From Ranitomeya imitator (taxonomy: Eukaryota), in assembly GCF_032444005.1 (NCBI RefSeq), contig NC_091286.1, positions 487,692,001 through 487,756,000 on the forward strand: a stretch of DNA of 64,000 nt. The letters are read 5' to 3'. Below, piece after piece: positions 23,690 to 37,026 of this stretch. How positions within the stretch are numbered: the stretch's first letter is position 1; each line of letters opens with the position of its first letter. The position numbers and the translations under genes were made by a program. The notes under the pieces were generated by a model. That model worked only from the letters and a program-made list of their open reading frames with translations. It was not told the origin of the DNA and did no database searches.

Positions 23690-24345
23690 AAATAGCCCGC
23701 CTGTGAAGCTAGCTACACTGCCTGTGTATCTCAATTTTTACTGCATCTAACCCAGTTAATTGTTTAGGGCCTAGGAGCAGTGTCTGCACATCAGCAGAGT
23801 AGCCCGCCTGTGAAACTAACTACACCACTTGTGTATCTCTATTTTCACTGCATCTAATCCAGTTAATTGTTTTGGGCCTAGGAGTAGTGTCTGCACGTCA
23901 GCAGAGTAGCCCGTCTGTGAAACTAACTACACTGCCTGTGTATCTCTATTTTCACTGCATCTAATCCAGTTAATCGTTTAGGGCCTAGGAGCGGTGTCTG
24001 CACATCAGCAGAGTAACCCGCCTGTGAAACTAACTATACCGCCTGTGTATCTCAATTTTTACTGCATCTAATCCAGTTGATAGTTTTGGGCCTAGGAGCA
24101 GTGTCTGCACGTCAGGAGAGTAGCCCACCTGTGAAACAAACTATACCGCCTGTGTATCTCAATTTTCACTGCATCTAATTCAGTTGATAGTTTTGGGCCT
24201 AGGGGCAGTGTCTGCATGTCAGCAAAGTAGCCCGCCTGTGAAACAAACTATACCGCCTGTGTATCTCAATTTTCACTGCATCTAATCCAGTTGATAGTTT
24301 TTGGCCTAGGAGCAGTGTCTGCACGTCAGCAGAATAGCGCAGCCA
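23690..24345. repeat. 107-bp tandem repeat (about 6 units)
   Basis: GCATCTAA unit starts at 23743, 23850, 23957, 24064, 24171, 24278. Confidence 0.9.
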
Positions 24346-24381
24346 CCCACCGCCTGTTTACCTAAGTACTATTTTGTAATG

Positions 24382-25260
24382 GCATCTAGCCCAGGAAATC
24401 CTTTTGGGCCTAGTAGAATTTAGTGCTACTCAGCAGCGTACCCCACCCATGAAGCAAGCTACACTGCCTGTTTACCTAAATACTATTTTGTAATGGCATC
24501 TAGCCCAGGAAATCCTTTTGGGCCTAGTAGAATTTGGTGCTACTCAGCAGCGTACTTCACCCATTAAGCAAGCTACACCGCCTGTTGATCTAATTACTAA
24601 TTTTTAACTGCATCTAGCCCAGAAAATTGTTTTGTACCTAATAGCATTTTGTGCTACTCAGCAGAGCACCCCACCCATGAAGAAACCAACACCGCCTGTT
24701 GGACTAATTTTAACTGCATCTAGCCCAGGAAATCATTTTGTACCTAATAGCATTTTGTGCTACTCAGCAGAGTACCCCAGCCATGAAGCAAGCTACACCG
24801 CCTCTTTACCTAAATACTATTTTGTAATGGCATCTCGCCCAGGAAATCCTTTTGGGCCTAGTAGAATTTAGTGCTACTAAGCAGCGTACCCCACCCATGA
24901 AGCAAGCTACACCGCCTGTTTACCTAACTACTATTTTGTAACGTCATCTAGCCCAGGAAATCCTTTTGGACCTAGTAGAATTTAGTGCTACTCAGCAGTG
25001 TACCCCACCCATGAAGCAAGCTACACTGCCTGTTTACTTATACACTATTTGTAACAGCATCTAGCCCAGGAAATCCTTTTGGGCCTAGTAGAATTTAGTG
25101 CTACTCAGCAGCGTACTCCACCCATGAAGCAAGCTACACTGCCTGTTTACCTAAGTACTATTTTTTAATGGCATCTGGCCCAGGAAATCATTTTGGGTCT
25201 AGTAGCAATTTCTGCTACTCAGCAGAGTACCCCACCCATGAAGCAAGCTACACCGCCTTC
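24382..25260. repeat. About 114-bp tandem repeat (8 units), related to the 107-bp unit
   Basis: Unit starts at 24382, 24496, 24610, 24716, 24830, 24944, 25057, 25171. Confidence 0.9.
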
Positions 25261-25269
25261 TTTCTTTCT

Positions 25270-25720
25270 CAATCTAACCCCTCGGCTTTGGGGTGTCCAC
25301 TCTCCCTCCAACTCTCTCCTTCTCACAGGTGGACTATCGCTTGTTTTCACACTGTGGCGAATCTTTTGGGCCCAGGCATAAGAAGTCGTCGAGTTAATGG
25401 ATAATATGTGCCGCCTTACAAACGTCCATGATGACACCTTCGAGGAAGCAACTAAACGCCTCAAATAGTGAGCAGGATATGGAGCACCCCATGGGCAGAC
25501 AGCAATCTATGTAGTATGCTCCTTCACAGAAGCAGCCCAATGGGAGGACATTATTCGGAGGCACAGGTAGTAACCGGAACGCCCCCTCAATGTCTGTTTT
25601 GGCCATTAGGGTGCCCCTTACCAACTTCTTGAACCTGAACAAGAAATCATGAAGCATGAACGTAGTATATGGCCGAGAGCAATATAGTACAGCTCTCCCA
25701 AAATCAGTATCCAGACACAC
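25270..25720 (-). pseudogene. Reverse transcriptase fragment of a DIRS/Ngaro-type retrotransposon
   Basis: LMAKTDIEGAFRLLPV...YYIDCCLPMGCSISCSLFEAFS...HIIH*LDDFLCLGP. The Tyr of YLDD is replaced by a stop. Confidence 0.75.
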
Positions 25721-26190
25721 TGGGTCACCAGGACAACTCTAACAATCATGTACTACAGCAAAGAAAGGGAGTATAAAAATCCCAAGGATCATAATAGAAA
25801 AGACAACTTTATTGGTACAAAAATACATAGCAAGAAGATATGATCTATTAAAATAATGCAACAAAACAGGTAGTAAATAGAGAGAAACTCTAGGTATACT
25901 GGTGTAAATGGGAGACACTACATGTATCCGGGGGTAAGTATGCTGCTAGCAATGCGGCTACTACAAAATCCTATCATTATAGGGTGGTTCCTACGAAATC
26001 TCCAGGTGTCAGAGACAATACCCCATGAGGAACATACCTAACAAATAAATAGCCTATGCATGCTTACCCATAGTATGGCCGGACAGCTCACCCACTGTGC
26101 ACCAGGAGCCCCTTGACGCACGTTTCGCCGCCAAGCAACCCCTTTTGAAAAAGCTTGGTGGCGAAACGTGCATCAAGGGGCTCCTGGTTT
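25720..26190 (-). mobile_element. Possible Penelope-like or DIRS terminal remnant
   Basis: Minus-strand AATAAAGTTG tail and a 30-bp inverted repeat with CGAAACGTG cores at 26100-26188. Classification is tentative. Confidence 0.35.
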
Positions 26191-26199
26191 CATTACATA

Positions 26200-27669
26200 A
26201 AAATTATCAATGTAAATCACATCTAATATCTCATGGAGGTATGGAGTTGGAATGATGCTCAAAATCAAAGTGGAAAATTAAGTTACAGGCTGATCCAACT
26301 TCAGTGGAAATGCCTCAAGACAAGGAAATGATGATCAGTAGTGTGTGTGGCATCCACGTGCCTGTATGATCTCCCTACAATGCCTAGGCATGATCCTGAT
26401 GAGGCGGCAGATGGTCTCCTGAGGGATCTTCTCTCAGACCTTGCCTAAAGCATCCCCAACTCCTGGACAGTCTGTGGTGCAACATTGGTGGATGTTGCGA
26501 GACATGTTGTCCCAGATGTGTTCAATCAGATTCAGGTCTGGGGAACAGGCGGGCCAATCCATAGCTTCAATGCCTTCATCTTTCACGAACTGCTGACACA
26601 CTCCAGCCACATGTGGTCTGGCATTGTCCTGCATTAGGAGGAACCCAGGGCCAATCGCACCAGCATATTGTCCCACAAGGGGTCTGAGGATCTCATCTTG
26701 GTTTCTAATGGCAGTCAGGCTACCTTTGGTGAGCACATGGAGGGCTGTGTGGCCCTCCAAATAAATGCCATCCCACACCATTACTGACACACTGCCAAAC
26801 TGGTCATGTTGAAGGATGTTGCAGGGAGCAAGATAGTGCCCCATGGGGTCTCCAGACTCTGTTACATCTGTCACATGTGCTCAGTGTGAACCTACTTTCA
26901 TCTCTGAAGAGCCCAGGGCACCAGTGTCAAATTTGTCAATCCTGGTGTTCTGTGGCAAATGCCAAGCATCTTGCACGGTGTTGGGCTGTGAGCACAGCCC
27001 CGATCTGTGGAAGTTTGGCATTCAGACCATCCTCATGGAGTCGGTTTCTAACTATTTACGCAGACACATGCACATTTGTGGCCTGCTGGAGGTCATTTTG
27101 CAGGGCTCTGGCAGTGCTCCTCCTGTTCCTCCTTGCAAAAAGGCTGAGGTAACGGTCCTGATGCTGGGTTTTTGCCCTCCTACTGCCCCCTTCACATCTC
27201 CTGGTGTACTGGCCTGTCTGCTGGTGATGCCTCCAGTATCTGGACACTACTCTGACAGACCCAGCAAACTCTTTTTGCCACAGCTCACATTGATGTGCCA
27301 TCCTGGATGAGCTGCACTACCTGAGCCTCTTGTGTAGGTTGTAGAGTCCCTCTAATGCTACCACGAGTGTGAAAGCACAACCAACATTCAAAAATGACCA
27401 AATCATCAGCTAGAAAGCATTGATACTGATATGTGGTCTGTGGTCCCCAAATGCAGAATCACTCCTTTATTGAGTGTGTCTTGATAATTGCCAATAATTT
27501 CCATCTATTGTCTATTCCATTTGCACAACAGCATGTGAAATTGATTGTCAAACAGTGTTGCTGTTGTCAAACAGTGTTGCTTCCTAAGTGGACAGTTTGA
27601 TTTCACAGAATAATGATTTACTTGGAGTTGTATTCTGTTGTTTAAGTGTTTCTGTTATATTTTTGAGCA

Positions 27670-27671
<2 letters not shown>
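26200..27671 (-). mobile_element. Degenerate Tc1 transposon, one end truncated
   Basis: Minus-strand transposase fragments (SVMVW...LMQDNARPH...DWPACSPDLNLIEHIW; [18 protein letters not shown]). TIR ...TTTTTGAGCAG followed by (TA)n. Confidence 0.85.
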
Positions 27672-27703
<32 letters not shown>

Positions 27704-30189
27704 AATATATATAAAAACAATTTACTGTGCGGTAGTGCGAAACGGCAGTCATCTGTTGGAAACACACGTTCTCCCTATTTGTCCTGCTGCTGACTTGATG
27801 TCCTAATAAAGATTGGATGTTTTACGGACGGTGAGTGCTCTTCTCCAATTCCTTATTACTGGCTTGGACTGAACTTTTTTCCTGAATGAGCACCTGGATT
27901 CCGTTATGGCTCTTAGCAACAGAATACCTGCTGTGTTATACTGCGTGTAGTAGTGGTTCATGTAGGCAGATGGCGCAGACTTCTTTTTGCCTTTTAGTTG
28001 TTGCTTAATCTATATGTACTGTAGTTATTTATGTAAATTTAGCTTTTTATTCTTTCATTGTTATTTGGCAATATGTAGTCTGTATATAAACCAAGTATTA
28101 CGTTGTAGGTATTGCATATTACTATTTGGAATAAGTAGAGCATTTTTAACCCTATTTATTACTTTTTCCTTTTGACTTGAATCCTTATTGATGGACCAGA
28201 TTGGTTCCGAGGAGGGTGTCACCAGTGGCAACTTCCATCTTCATTTAAAAGCAATAAGAGATGTTGTCTTCTGAACACAATAATTTTCAAAGTAGATGTA
28301 ATTGAGTTCCTCTCATGTTGTGGACATTTAGGGCAATAAAATTTCTGTCATCAAGCTCTTTTCTTATCTTTGGGACAAAGTGCATTCATTGTAGTTACCT
28401 AGAGACATATTGCAAAAAAAAAATGTGGACGTGTCACAGTGCTACTGTGGCAAATTACATAAAGTTAGGTAAGTGTTAAAAAAAATGCAATTACCTGTGA
28501 TGACCCTTCCAGAATATATTAATTGTAAGTTCATTGCAGTATACAAGTTGATGTAGGACAGATAATAAGAAAGGTTCTTTCTAATTAGAGCCTTTTCTAG
28601 CTATTCAGATGCACCCATTAATATTAATGGTGTAGGGATCTTACCAGAATATCCACATTATAAATAAATTGCAGTCTACAATGTGTAGGGAAGAAATTGA
28701 TAAAGAAGTTTTGTATCTAGAGGAGACCATTCAGATGTCTCCATTGATATTAATATTGCGGTGGCCACAAAAGAGCAGTGGTGTTTGAGAATTAGTCTCT
28801 TGAATAATTTTCTCACTTGATTATACCTCAATATTTTCTACAGACATTGACCTGTCAATTCCTTTTTGTATGATAAGCTTGTAGGACTGTAATCTGTCAT
28901 TATGTTAGTAATTGCATGTAAGTTTCAAGGGTTAGTTGCTTTACAACATAGGCTTCTTATCTGTTGACATTGCGTGAATTTTCCCTTATCTCTTGTGTTT
29001 TGGTAAATTATTGCTAATAATGCTGACATATTACACAGATATGAGTTATATTTTGTAATGATTCACTTAGTGCAGAAATTAAAGATCTTTAATACGGGAG
29101 TGGTTAGCTTTGTCCATAATAGGGTTTTGATTTCCATGTACTGTAAAACTCAGCTGTGAACAATGTGAAGCACCATAGGATGTCATCCAGAATATTTATC
29201 CATAATATGAATCCATGGAAGCTCTGTATTCTACCATAAAGGCCAAAGAATTTGTAATTCGCATAAAACTCATGCTTACGTTAGACCTTGACTGGGGACA
29301 CTTTTGCAACATATCTTATTTCTCTAATTCATCTAAAATGAAAAATAAAATCTTCGGCAATATACTGAATTACAAATATTATATAGAGCTTTGGACATTT
29401 GTAAGTATTCATGGTTGCAGATTAAGAACAAACACTATGCAATTTGACTATGCAGTCATGAGTTAAACCCTTCATACACATTAGATAGCTGTCAGGCGAA
29501 CAATGCTTTGGCCGATCATTCAGCAAACAGCCTTCTGGACCTTCTTTCCCATAAAAAGGAGAACACATTTGGCCTACTGATCTTGTACTCTCTACGTCTC
29601 TACTGCCGACATACTTCTCTGCTGGAGCCTTTTTTTCAAGAAAACAAATGGATTAGCAATTTGAAATTAGGCATTATCAACTAACATCTTCCATGACAGT
29701 CAGTTGACTGGTGCCTCCATACACATTACATTGTCATCCAAAGCAGTCGATATTGCTGATATTAGTATAATGCAGACCTATGCAACTGCAGGATGCAGGT
29801 TACGTTACATCTGACTGTTTGACTGTTTCTATATGGCCCCAGACTGGGACAGCAAAATGGTCAGAAGAAGTAGCCTGTGGGCTGTATGCCACAGCCACCC
29901 TTGCTCCATCCCATATCTCAATTTTATCGGTATCATCATCAGTGGAATTCAGATACTGGTGAACATAAAGGTGGAAGAAGGAAGTCTCTGTCTTCCACCA
30001 TTCAGTTAGTGTAACTGAGTGTCTCAGTACAATAGGTGTCATGACATTATTAGACCACATCTGCTGTCGAGCCTCAGTGTGCAGAGCAAATACAGTAGTG
30101 CAACAGAGGAATTGGGGCCAAGTGTATATTGTTTATCTGTTTTTCATTCACTTGTTGGAAGAAAATATGAGGCCATCGTTAATGTGTTT

Positions 30190-30773
30190 GTGGGCTGTGG
30201 AAGATAATACTGTGTGGTGGACATAATATTGTGTTGGGGAAGATGTGGGGATCATATTATTGAGGTCATCATTCTGTGATGGAGGGCTGTGGTGATTATA
30301 CTGTGTTGGTGGTGCAGGGGGTCATCATATTTTGCTGAATGGCAGTGTGGGTCATATTTTGGGGGTCATCATTGTGTAGGGTCATGATACTGTGGGTCAT
30401 AATGTGGGTGATCATTCAGCATTAGGGACTTTAGGGACCATTAAATTGTTTATAGATGACTGTAGAGCCATCATACTGTTTGAAGACAGTGGTGGCTATC
30501 ATAATGTATTAGGGCTATGGAGGTTCACACTGTGAGGGTCATCATTCTGTATGTAGGGAGCTATATGGAATCATACTGCATAGGTTTTAAAATTCTGTGT
30601 GCGAGATCATATTTTTTGGAAGTCTGTGATAGCCATAATACTAGGTTAGAGATCATACTGTGGGGTGGATTGTGTGAGCAATTAAACTTTGTGGAAGCCA
30701 TTATACTGTATGTAGTCATATTTTTGGGGGACTGTGGAGGAATAAACTGTGTGCAAGGCTGTAGGAGCAATTA
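30190..30773. repeat. Degenerate CATCATACTGTG/GGG low-complexity repeat, continuing at 32380-32470
   Basis: Recurrent (G)TCATCAT..TGTG motifs on both sides of the Tc1 insertion. Confidence 0.5.
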
Positions 30774-32379
30774 CAGTGGGGCAAAAAAGTATTTAGTCAG
30801 TCAGCAATAGTGCAAGTTCCACCACTTAAAAAGATGAGAGGCGTCTGTAATTTACATCATAGGTAGACCTCAACTATGGGAGACAAACTGAGAAAAAAAA
30901 TCCAGAAAATCACATTGTCTGTTTTTTTAACATTTTATTTGCATATTATGGTGGAAAATAAGTATTTGGTCAGAAACAAAATTTCATCTCAATACTTTGT
31001 AATATATCCTTTGTTGGCAATGACAGAGGTCAAACATTTTCTGTAAGTCTTCACAAGGTTGCCACACACTGTTGTTAGTATGTTGGCCCATTCCTCCATG
31101 CAGATCTCCTCTAGAGCAGTGATGTTTTTGGCTTTTCGCTTGGCAACACGGACTTTCAACTCCCTCCAAAGGTTTTCTATAGGGTTGAGATCTGGAGACT
31201 GGCTAGGCCACTCCAGGACCTTGAAATGCTTCTTACGAAGCCACTCCTTCATTGCCCTGGCGGTGTGCTTTGGATCACTGTCATGTTGAAATACCCAGCC
31301 ACGTTTCATCTTCAATGCCCTTGCTGATGGAAGGAGGTTTGCACTCAAAATCTCATGATACATGGCCCCATTCATTCTTTCATGTACCCGGATCAGTCGT
31401 CCTGGCCCCTTTGCAGAGAAACAGCCCCAAAGCATGATGTTTCCACCACCATGCTTTACAGTAGGTATGGTGTTTGATGGATGCAACTCAGTATTCTTTT
31501 TCCTCCAAACACAACAAGTTGTGTTTCTACCAAACAGTTCCAGTTTGGTTTCATCAGACTATAGGACATTCTCCCAAAACTCCTCTGGATCATCCAAATA
31601 CTCTCTAGCAAACTTCAGACGGGCCCGGACATGTACTGGCTTAAGCAGTGGGACACGTCTGGCACTGCAGGATCTGAGTCCATGGTGGCGTAGTGTGTTA
31701 CTTATGGTAGGCCTTGTTACATTGGTCCCAGCTCTCTGCAGTTCATTCACTAGGTCCCCCCGCGTGGTTCTGGGATTTTTGCTTACCGTTCTTGTGATCA
31801 TTCTGACCCCACGGAGTGGGATTTTGCGTGGAGCCCCAGATCAAGGGAGATTATCAGTGGTCTTGTATGTCTTCCATTTTCTAATTATTGCTCCCACTGT
31901 TGATTTCTTCACTCCAAGCTGGTTGGCTATTGCAGATTCAGTCTTCCCAGCCTGGTGCAGGGCTACAATTTTGTTTCTGGTGTCCTTTGACAGGTCTTTG
32001 GTCTTCACCATAGTGGAGTTTGGAGTCAGACTGTTTGAGGGTGTGCACAGGTGTCTTTTTATACTGATAACAAGTTTAAACAGGTGCCATTACTACAGGT
32101 AATGAGTGGAGGAAAGAGGAGACTCTTAAAGAAGAAGTTACAGGTCTGTGAGAGCCAGAAATCTTGATTGTTTGTTTCTGACCAAATACTTATTTTCCAC
32201 CATAATATGCAAATAAAATGTTAAAAAAACAGACAATGTGATTTTCTGGATTTTTTTTTTCTCAGTTTGTCTCCCATAGTTGACGTCTACCTATGATGTA
32301 AATTACAGACGCCTCTCATCTTTTTAAGTGGTGGAACTTGCACTATTGCTGACTGACTAAATACTTTTTTGCCTCACTG
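30774..32379 (-). mobile_element. Full-length Tc1 (DD34E) transposon, copy 1
   Basis: TA flanks. About 200-bp TIRs beginning CAGTGGGGCAAAAAAG. Near-identical to 58962-60565. Confidence 0.97.
30989..32011 (-). pseudogene. Tc1 transposase (340 codons) with nonsense mutations R57* and W151*
   Basis: ATG at 32011. In-frame TGA (31841-31843) and TAG (31559-31561). Motifs [20 protein letters not shown]. Confidence 0.95.
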
Positions 32380-32469
32380 TATATTGAGTTGGGGGGCTGT
32401 TGGTGCATCATACTGTGTATGAGGGCTATGGAATCCACTGTACTGTGTGCGGAGCTGTGGGACTATCAT

Positions 32470-32828
32470 CTCATCTCCCAAGATCTTGGAGCTGAGATTT
32501 CCATCTGCGCATGCGCTGTCCCTGGTGGCCGTTTTCCCAGAGTCCACCGCATAGGAAACAATGGAACTGTGGGGGCTCTGGCCTTCACAAAATGTCATCA
32601 GAGCCCTCGCAGCACTGGAGATATCTGCAGCAGCATTGGGCACCCCCCGCAGCACTATCAGACACCCCCAGCACCACCCCGGGCACCCGCAGCACTGCCA
32701 GACACTAACTCATCCCAACCTGTGGCCTGCAGCAATGGTTCCGGTAAGGTATATCCGCATTATAAGACGCACCCCCATTTTCCCCCCAAATTTGGGGAAA
32801 AAAGTGCATCTTATAATCTGAAATATAT
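32470..32828. mobile_element. Probable pogo/Tigger-like MITE fragment
   Basis: The end TATAAGACGCACCCCC...AAAAAGTGCATCTTATAATCTGAAA resembles pogo-type subterminal repeats. Left end unclear. Confidence 0.45.
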
Positions 32829-32879
32829 AGTCTATCTGAAAACTGGGATGTGCCTTTGTATCCAGCCCTTATACCTTCT

Positions 32880-33285
32880 AGGACTACATTTTGCTGCAAT
32901 TACCTCTGGAAGTCTTTTGATATTCACCCCTATCATATTTGCATATCTAGAGGCTAAATATTTTGCTCATAATTCTTTACAAACTAGTTCTAGCTCAGTC
33001 AGAATAGATGGAGAATGTCTGTGGACAGTAGTATTCAAGTTTTGTCACAGATTCACAATGGGATTTAGGTCTAGACATTGTGCAATTCAAACACATGAAT
33101 ATGCTTTGAACTAAACCATAACATTATAGCTCTGGCAGTATGTTTAGGGTCATTGTCTTGCTCGAAGGGGAACCTTTGCCCCAGTCTCGAGTCTTTTGCA
33201 TCCTCTAGCATGTTTTCCTGCAGTATTTCCCTGTATTGCCCTCCATCCATCTTCTTATCAACTCTGACAAGCTTCTCTGTCCCTG
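32880..33285 (-). mobile_element. Old Tc1 transposase remnant
   Basis: Antisense of the C-terminal Tc1 region (GGGTCATTGTCTTG, CCATCCATCTT); similar to other Tc1 copies in the window. Confidence 0.7.
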
Positions 33286-33500
33286 TGTTATGGGGATACT
33301 GGGACAGAGTGGAGCCAGAAGATCATGACATCCAGTTTCATGAACGTCTGAACTGTTTAGAAGCGCTTCACCATCTTAATAAAGTGTGTAGATTTTTTTC
33401 CTTCTGGCAGGGCAATAGATAATCTGTTCCATTGACGTGGTTAGTGTTATCATGTACACTATGGTTTCCCACAGGGGACAGATAAGGGTTGATATAGTAA

Positions 33501-34224
33501 AGGTACTGTCACACTAGACGATATCGCTAGCGATCCGTGACGTTGCAGCGTCCTCGCTAGCGATATCGTCCAGTGTGACAGGCAGCAGCGATCAGGCCCC
33601 TGCTGGGAGATCGCTGGTCGGGGAAGAAAGTCCAGAACTTTATTTCGTCGCTGGACTCCCCGTAGACATCGCTGAATCGGCGTGTGTGACACCGATTCAG
33701 CGATGTCTTTGCTGGTAACCAGGGTAAACATCGGGTAACTAAGCGCAGGGCCGCGCTTAGTAACCCGATGTTTACCCTGGTTACCATCCTAAAAGTAAAA
33801 AAACAAACACTACATACTTACCTACCGCTGTCTGTCCTCCAGCGCTGTGCTCTGCACTCCTCCTGCTCTGGCTGTGAGCGTCGGTCAGCCGGAAAGCAGA
33901 GTGGTGACGTCACCGCTCTGCTTTCTGGCTGCCCGGCGCTCACAGCCAGACCAGAGAAGCAGAGCGCCGAGGACAGACAGCAGAAGGTAAGTATGTAGCG
34001 TTTGTTTTTTTACTTTTTAGGATGGTAACCAGGGTAAACATCGGGTTACTAAGCGCGGCCCTGCGCTTAGTTACCCGATGTTTACCCTGGTTACCGGGGA
34101 CCTCGGGATCGTTGGTCGCTGGAGAGCTGTCTGTGTGACAGGTCTCCAGCGACCAAACAGCGACGCTGCAGCGATCCGGATCGTTGTCGGTATCGCTGCA
34201 GCGTCGCTATGTGTGACGGTACCT
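33501..34224. mobile_element. PIF/Harbinger-type MITE
   Basis: TIR AGGTAC(T/C)GTCACAC, TSD TAA on both sides, largely palindromic interior. Confidence 0.9.
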
Positions 34225-34249
34225 TAACATAGCAAGGAACGTGAACCAA

Positions 34250-35268
34250 GCATCTCCATCTTCAGGAGCAATCTGGGGGACAGGGATAGACTAAAGAGCC
34301 CCTAGTTCTAGTTACCTGGTTAGCACCCACAGTCCCAAGGCAATGCATGACACCCTGCTGACGAAAAGCATCCGCACAGCATGATGCTGCCACTATCTTG
34401 GTTGATGATGTGGCTGATGTTTTCAGGGATGTTTCATTTAGCCTAAAGAGTTCTACTTTTGTCTCATTTGAAAAGAGCACTTTCTTCCACATTCTAGCTG
34501 TGTCCCCTACATGCAAACTGCAAATGGAACTTCTTATGGCTTGATTTAAAAAATTACTTTCTTTTTGCCACTCCTCCATAAAGGCCACATTTATGGAATA
34601 TACAATTGATAGTTGTCCTGTGAACAGATTTTTCCCATCAGAGCTGTGGATCTCTGCATCTCCTCCAGAGTGGCCAGGGGATGTCAGTTTTAGGTGGATG
34701 GCAATGCTGTGGTAGATTGGCAGTTGTGATATACTCTTTCCATGTTTGGATATTAGATTGGACAGTGCTTCATGAGATGTTCAGAGCCTGAGCTATTTTT
34801 TAATAACCTAACCCTGTTTAGCATTCTCCACTACTTTTTAGGGCTTGTTTCCACATGCGAGAAACACGTCCGTGCCTCGCATGTGGAAACGAAGTTCTGG
34901 CCCGGCACTCCGGAGTGGAGCGTGCGGCTGCATGTGTTGCTATGCGGCCGCACGATCTGCTCCGGAGTGCCGGCGCCAGAACTTCATTTCCACATGCGAG
35001 ACACGGACGTGTTTCTCGCATGTGGAAACAAGCCCTTACCCTGATCTGTCTGGTGAAGCTATACTGAGAATAAATTACACACAGGTGGACTCAATTTACT
35101 AATTATGTGACTTCTGAAGGCAATTGTTCAAAGGGGGTACCAGAGTAGAGGGGGCTGAATACAAATGCACAGTTAGTTAGAAAACTATGCATCATTTCCT
35201 ATACACTCCAAAAACACATTTAAGTTTCTGGGTAGAACATAAATGTTGAATACTTTTTCAAGGCACTG
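34250..35268 (-). mobile_element. Old Tc1 remnant with nested MITE
   Basis: Tc1-like antisense coding remnant. Terminus GAATACTTTTTCAAGGCACTG|TA. Confidence 0.7.
34841..35035. mobile_element. 195-bp palindromic Harbinger-type MITE
   Basis: GGGCTTGTTTCCACATGCGAGAAACACGTCCGTG and its reverse complement at the other end. TSD TTA on both sides. Confidence 0.92.
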
Positions 35269-37026
35269 TAAGTTCTAGTCTACCTAAACTTCATGAGTGC
35301 ACTACAATAACAGTGTAGATGAAGATGATGATTGCTGCATCAGTAGTCCTTACAGTGGAGCTGTCACTTACCATAAATAAGTAATTTGCCTAATATAAAT
35401 GTTGCTGTCAGCCTAAATCTGGCATTGTATATTTCTTGTTCCTGTGCCTCTCAGGTTCTAAGATATATCTATCTCTTGCATGTATACAACAACTGGTCAT
35501 GGTCCTCAAAATGACTCTCATAGACAAGAATTTATGACCATGCGTACTTAGCTAAAAAGACTAGATTTATAGAAAAGAAAAAGGTGGCCATATCTCAGTA
35601 ATTGAGAGGGGCAGGAGCAAAAGAAAAACGACTCAAGATTCGGAAGCATACATGCAGCAGCATTCAGACCAGGTGGATAAAATATACATTTATGGCAAGT
35701 GATAAATCCTCAATATAAGGGTATTCCCATTCTTCAATGTCATAACATTTCACTAGAACAAAGCTTCCTTTGGCATAGTAGTACACTCAAAGTTAAGGGT
35801 TTGGCCATGATGGCTGGAGAAAAAATCGGACTTATTTTCAGTAGATTTTAGGGATGTCAGTTTTGTCATGTACCTGGCAGTGCAGTGTTGGAATATTTAA
35901 CTACTCTAGAAGATAAAATGGACACAACAATAACTAACCTTATTTGAATGATGACTTCACTAGTCTATTGTAAATGCCTGGTCATCGAATATCTATTACT
36001 GTTTTATAATGCATTTAAAAGGTTTTATCATTATATATATTTTATTGCCACCCACACTATAAATGGCCATAATATGTACACTAGATCTATATAGAAATAA
36101 CCTAGATATTTTGATTTTCTTTTTAGTATTTAATAGTAAAAACTATAAAAATAAATGATGGTGTGGTTTTATTTAGCATAGACAGTGAATTAGGCTTATT
36201 TTTCTACGAGAACTTTCATTTTGCTATTTAGCATGCTTTTAAACCAATGTAAAATGCAATTACTGCACTAAGGTATCGATCTGGAAAGCAGAGATTAGTT
36301 TTAATGAATTTTGTTGCTGTTGTACAGTTAGACAGTAATGGTGCCATGTTGTACTTTACACAAGATTGAGCAGTTGGCTATGCAAGGCCCTTCACTGTTT
36401 GTCAGCCATGACATGTTTCCTAAGTTTAGGAAGCATCCTGCGTCTCCAAGGATTAAGCTAGAGATGAACAGCTGGTGTATTATCCTTGTAAAACACATAC
36501 TAAAAAGATCACATTTACATGCTAGAACATTAATACAGATGCTAAAAAGAAACATTTTTCAAAGTTGATGGGATACTTGGAGTCAAATGTCACATTTTGA
36601 GCTTGAACTTACAATGTCAAGAAAGACAGATGTAAAAAACTATATAGTCAAAGTCTCTGGTCGGTCAGAACTTTATTACAGTGAATGCGAGCTAAACATC
36701 ACTTCTTTGAAAAGCTATTGGTGAATTACAGGAGAGATATCTCCTAGGTGAGTTTCCACAGTCTACCATTGGCTGAGATGTGGAAGGAAGTATGCAGTAG
36801 ATGGCACTTTAGACCCGCTGCAACAGCAATGACGTATTGCCCCTCATATACAGGTACGACCGGGCCTTGACAAATATTCATACCAAGTTAACTATTCCAC
36901 ATATTTTCACATTACACCCACAAACTTAAATGTATTTATTGGGATTGTATGATAACAATTCAAAGTAACATGTACAGCATTTGTAAAGTATAAAGGAAAT
37001 GATTCACGGTTTCTAACTATTTTTAA

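Larger units (their letters stand above)
23054..25260. mobile_element. hAT-type non-autonomous element, left end only, carrying satellite arrays
   Basis: Starts TAGAGATGAGCG, the same TIR class as the TSD-verified hAT MITEs in this window. No right TIR found. Confidence 0.55.

Noticed and set aside
26100-26188. Hammerhead-like motifs (also 27725-27745 and 41320-41390)
   Set aside because: GAAAC boxes are present but the CUGANGA core is missing or mutated; not supportable as ribozymes.
31362-32102. 246-aa antisense ORF open in both Tc1 copies (also 59237-59977)
   Set aside because: It is antisense to the transposase. The copies are too similar for shared openness to imply selection, and it has no recognisable domain.
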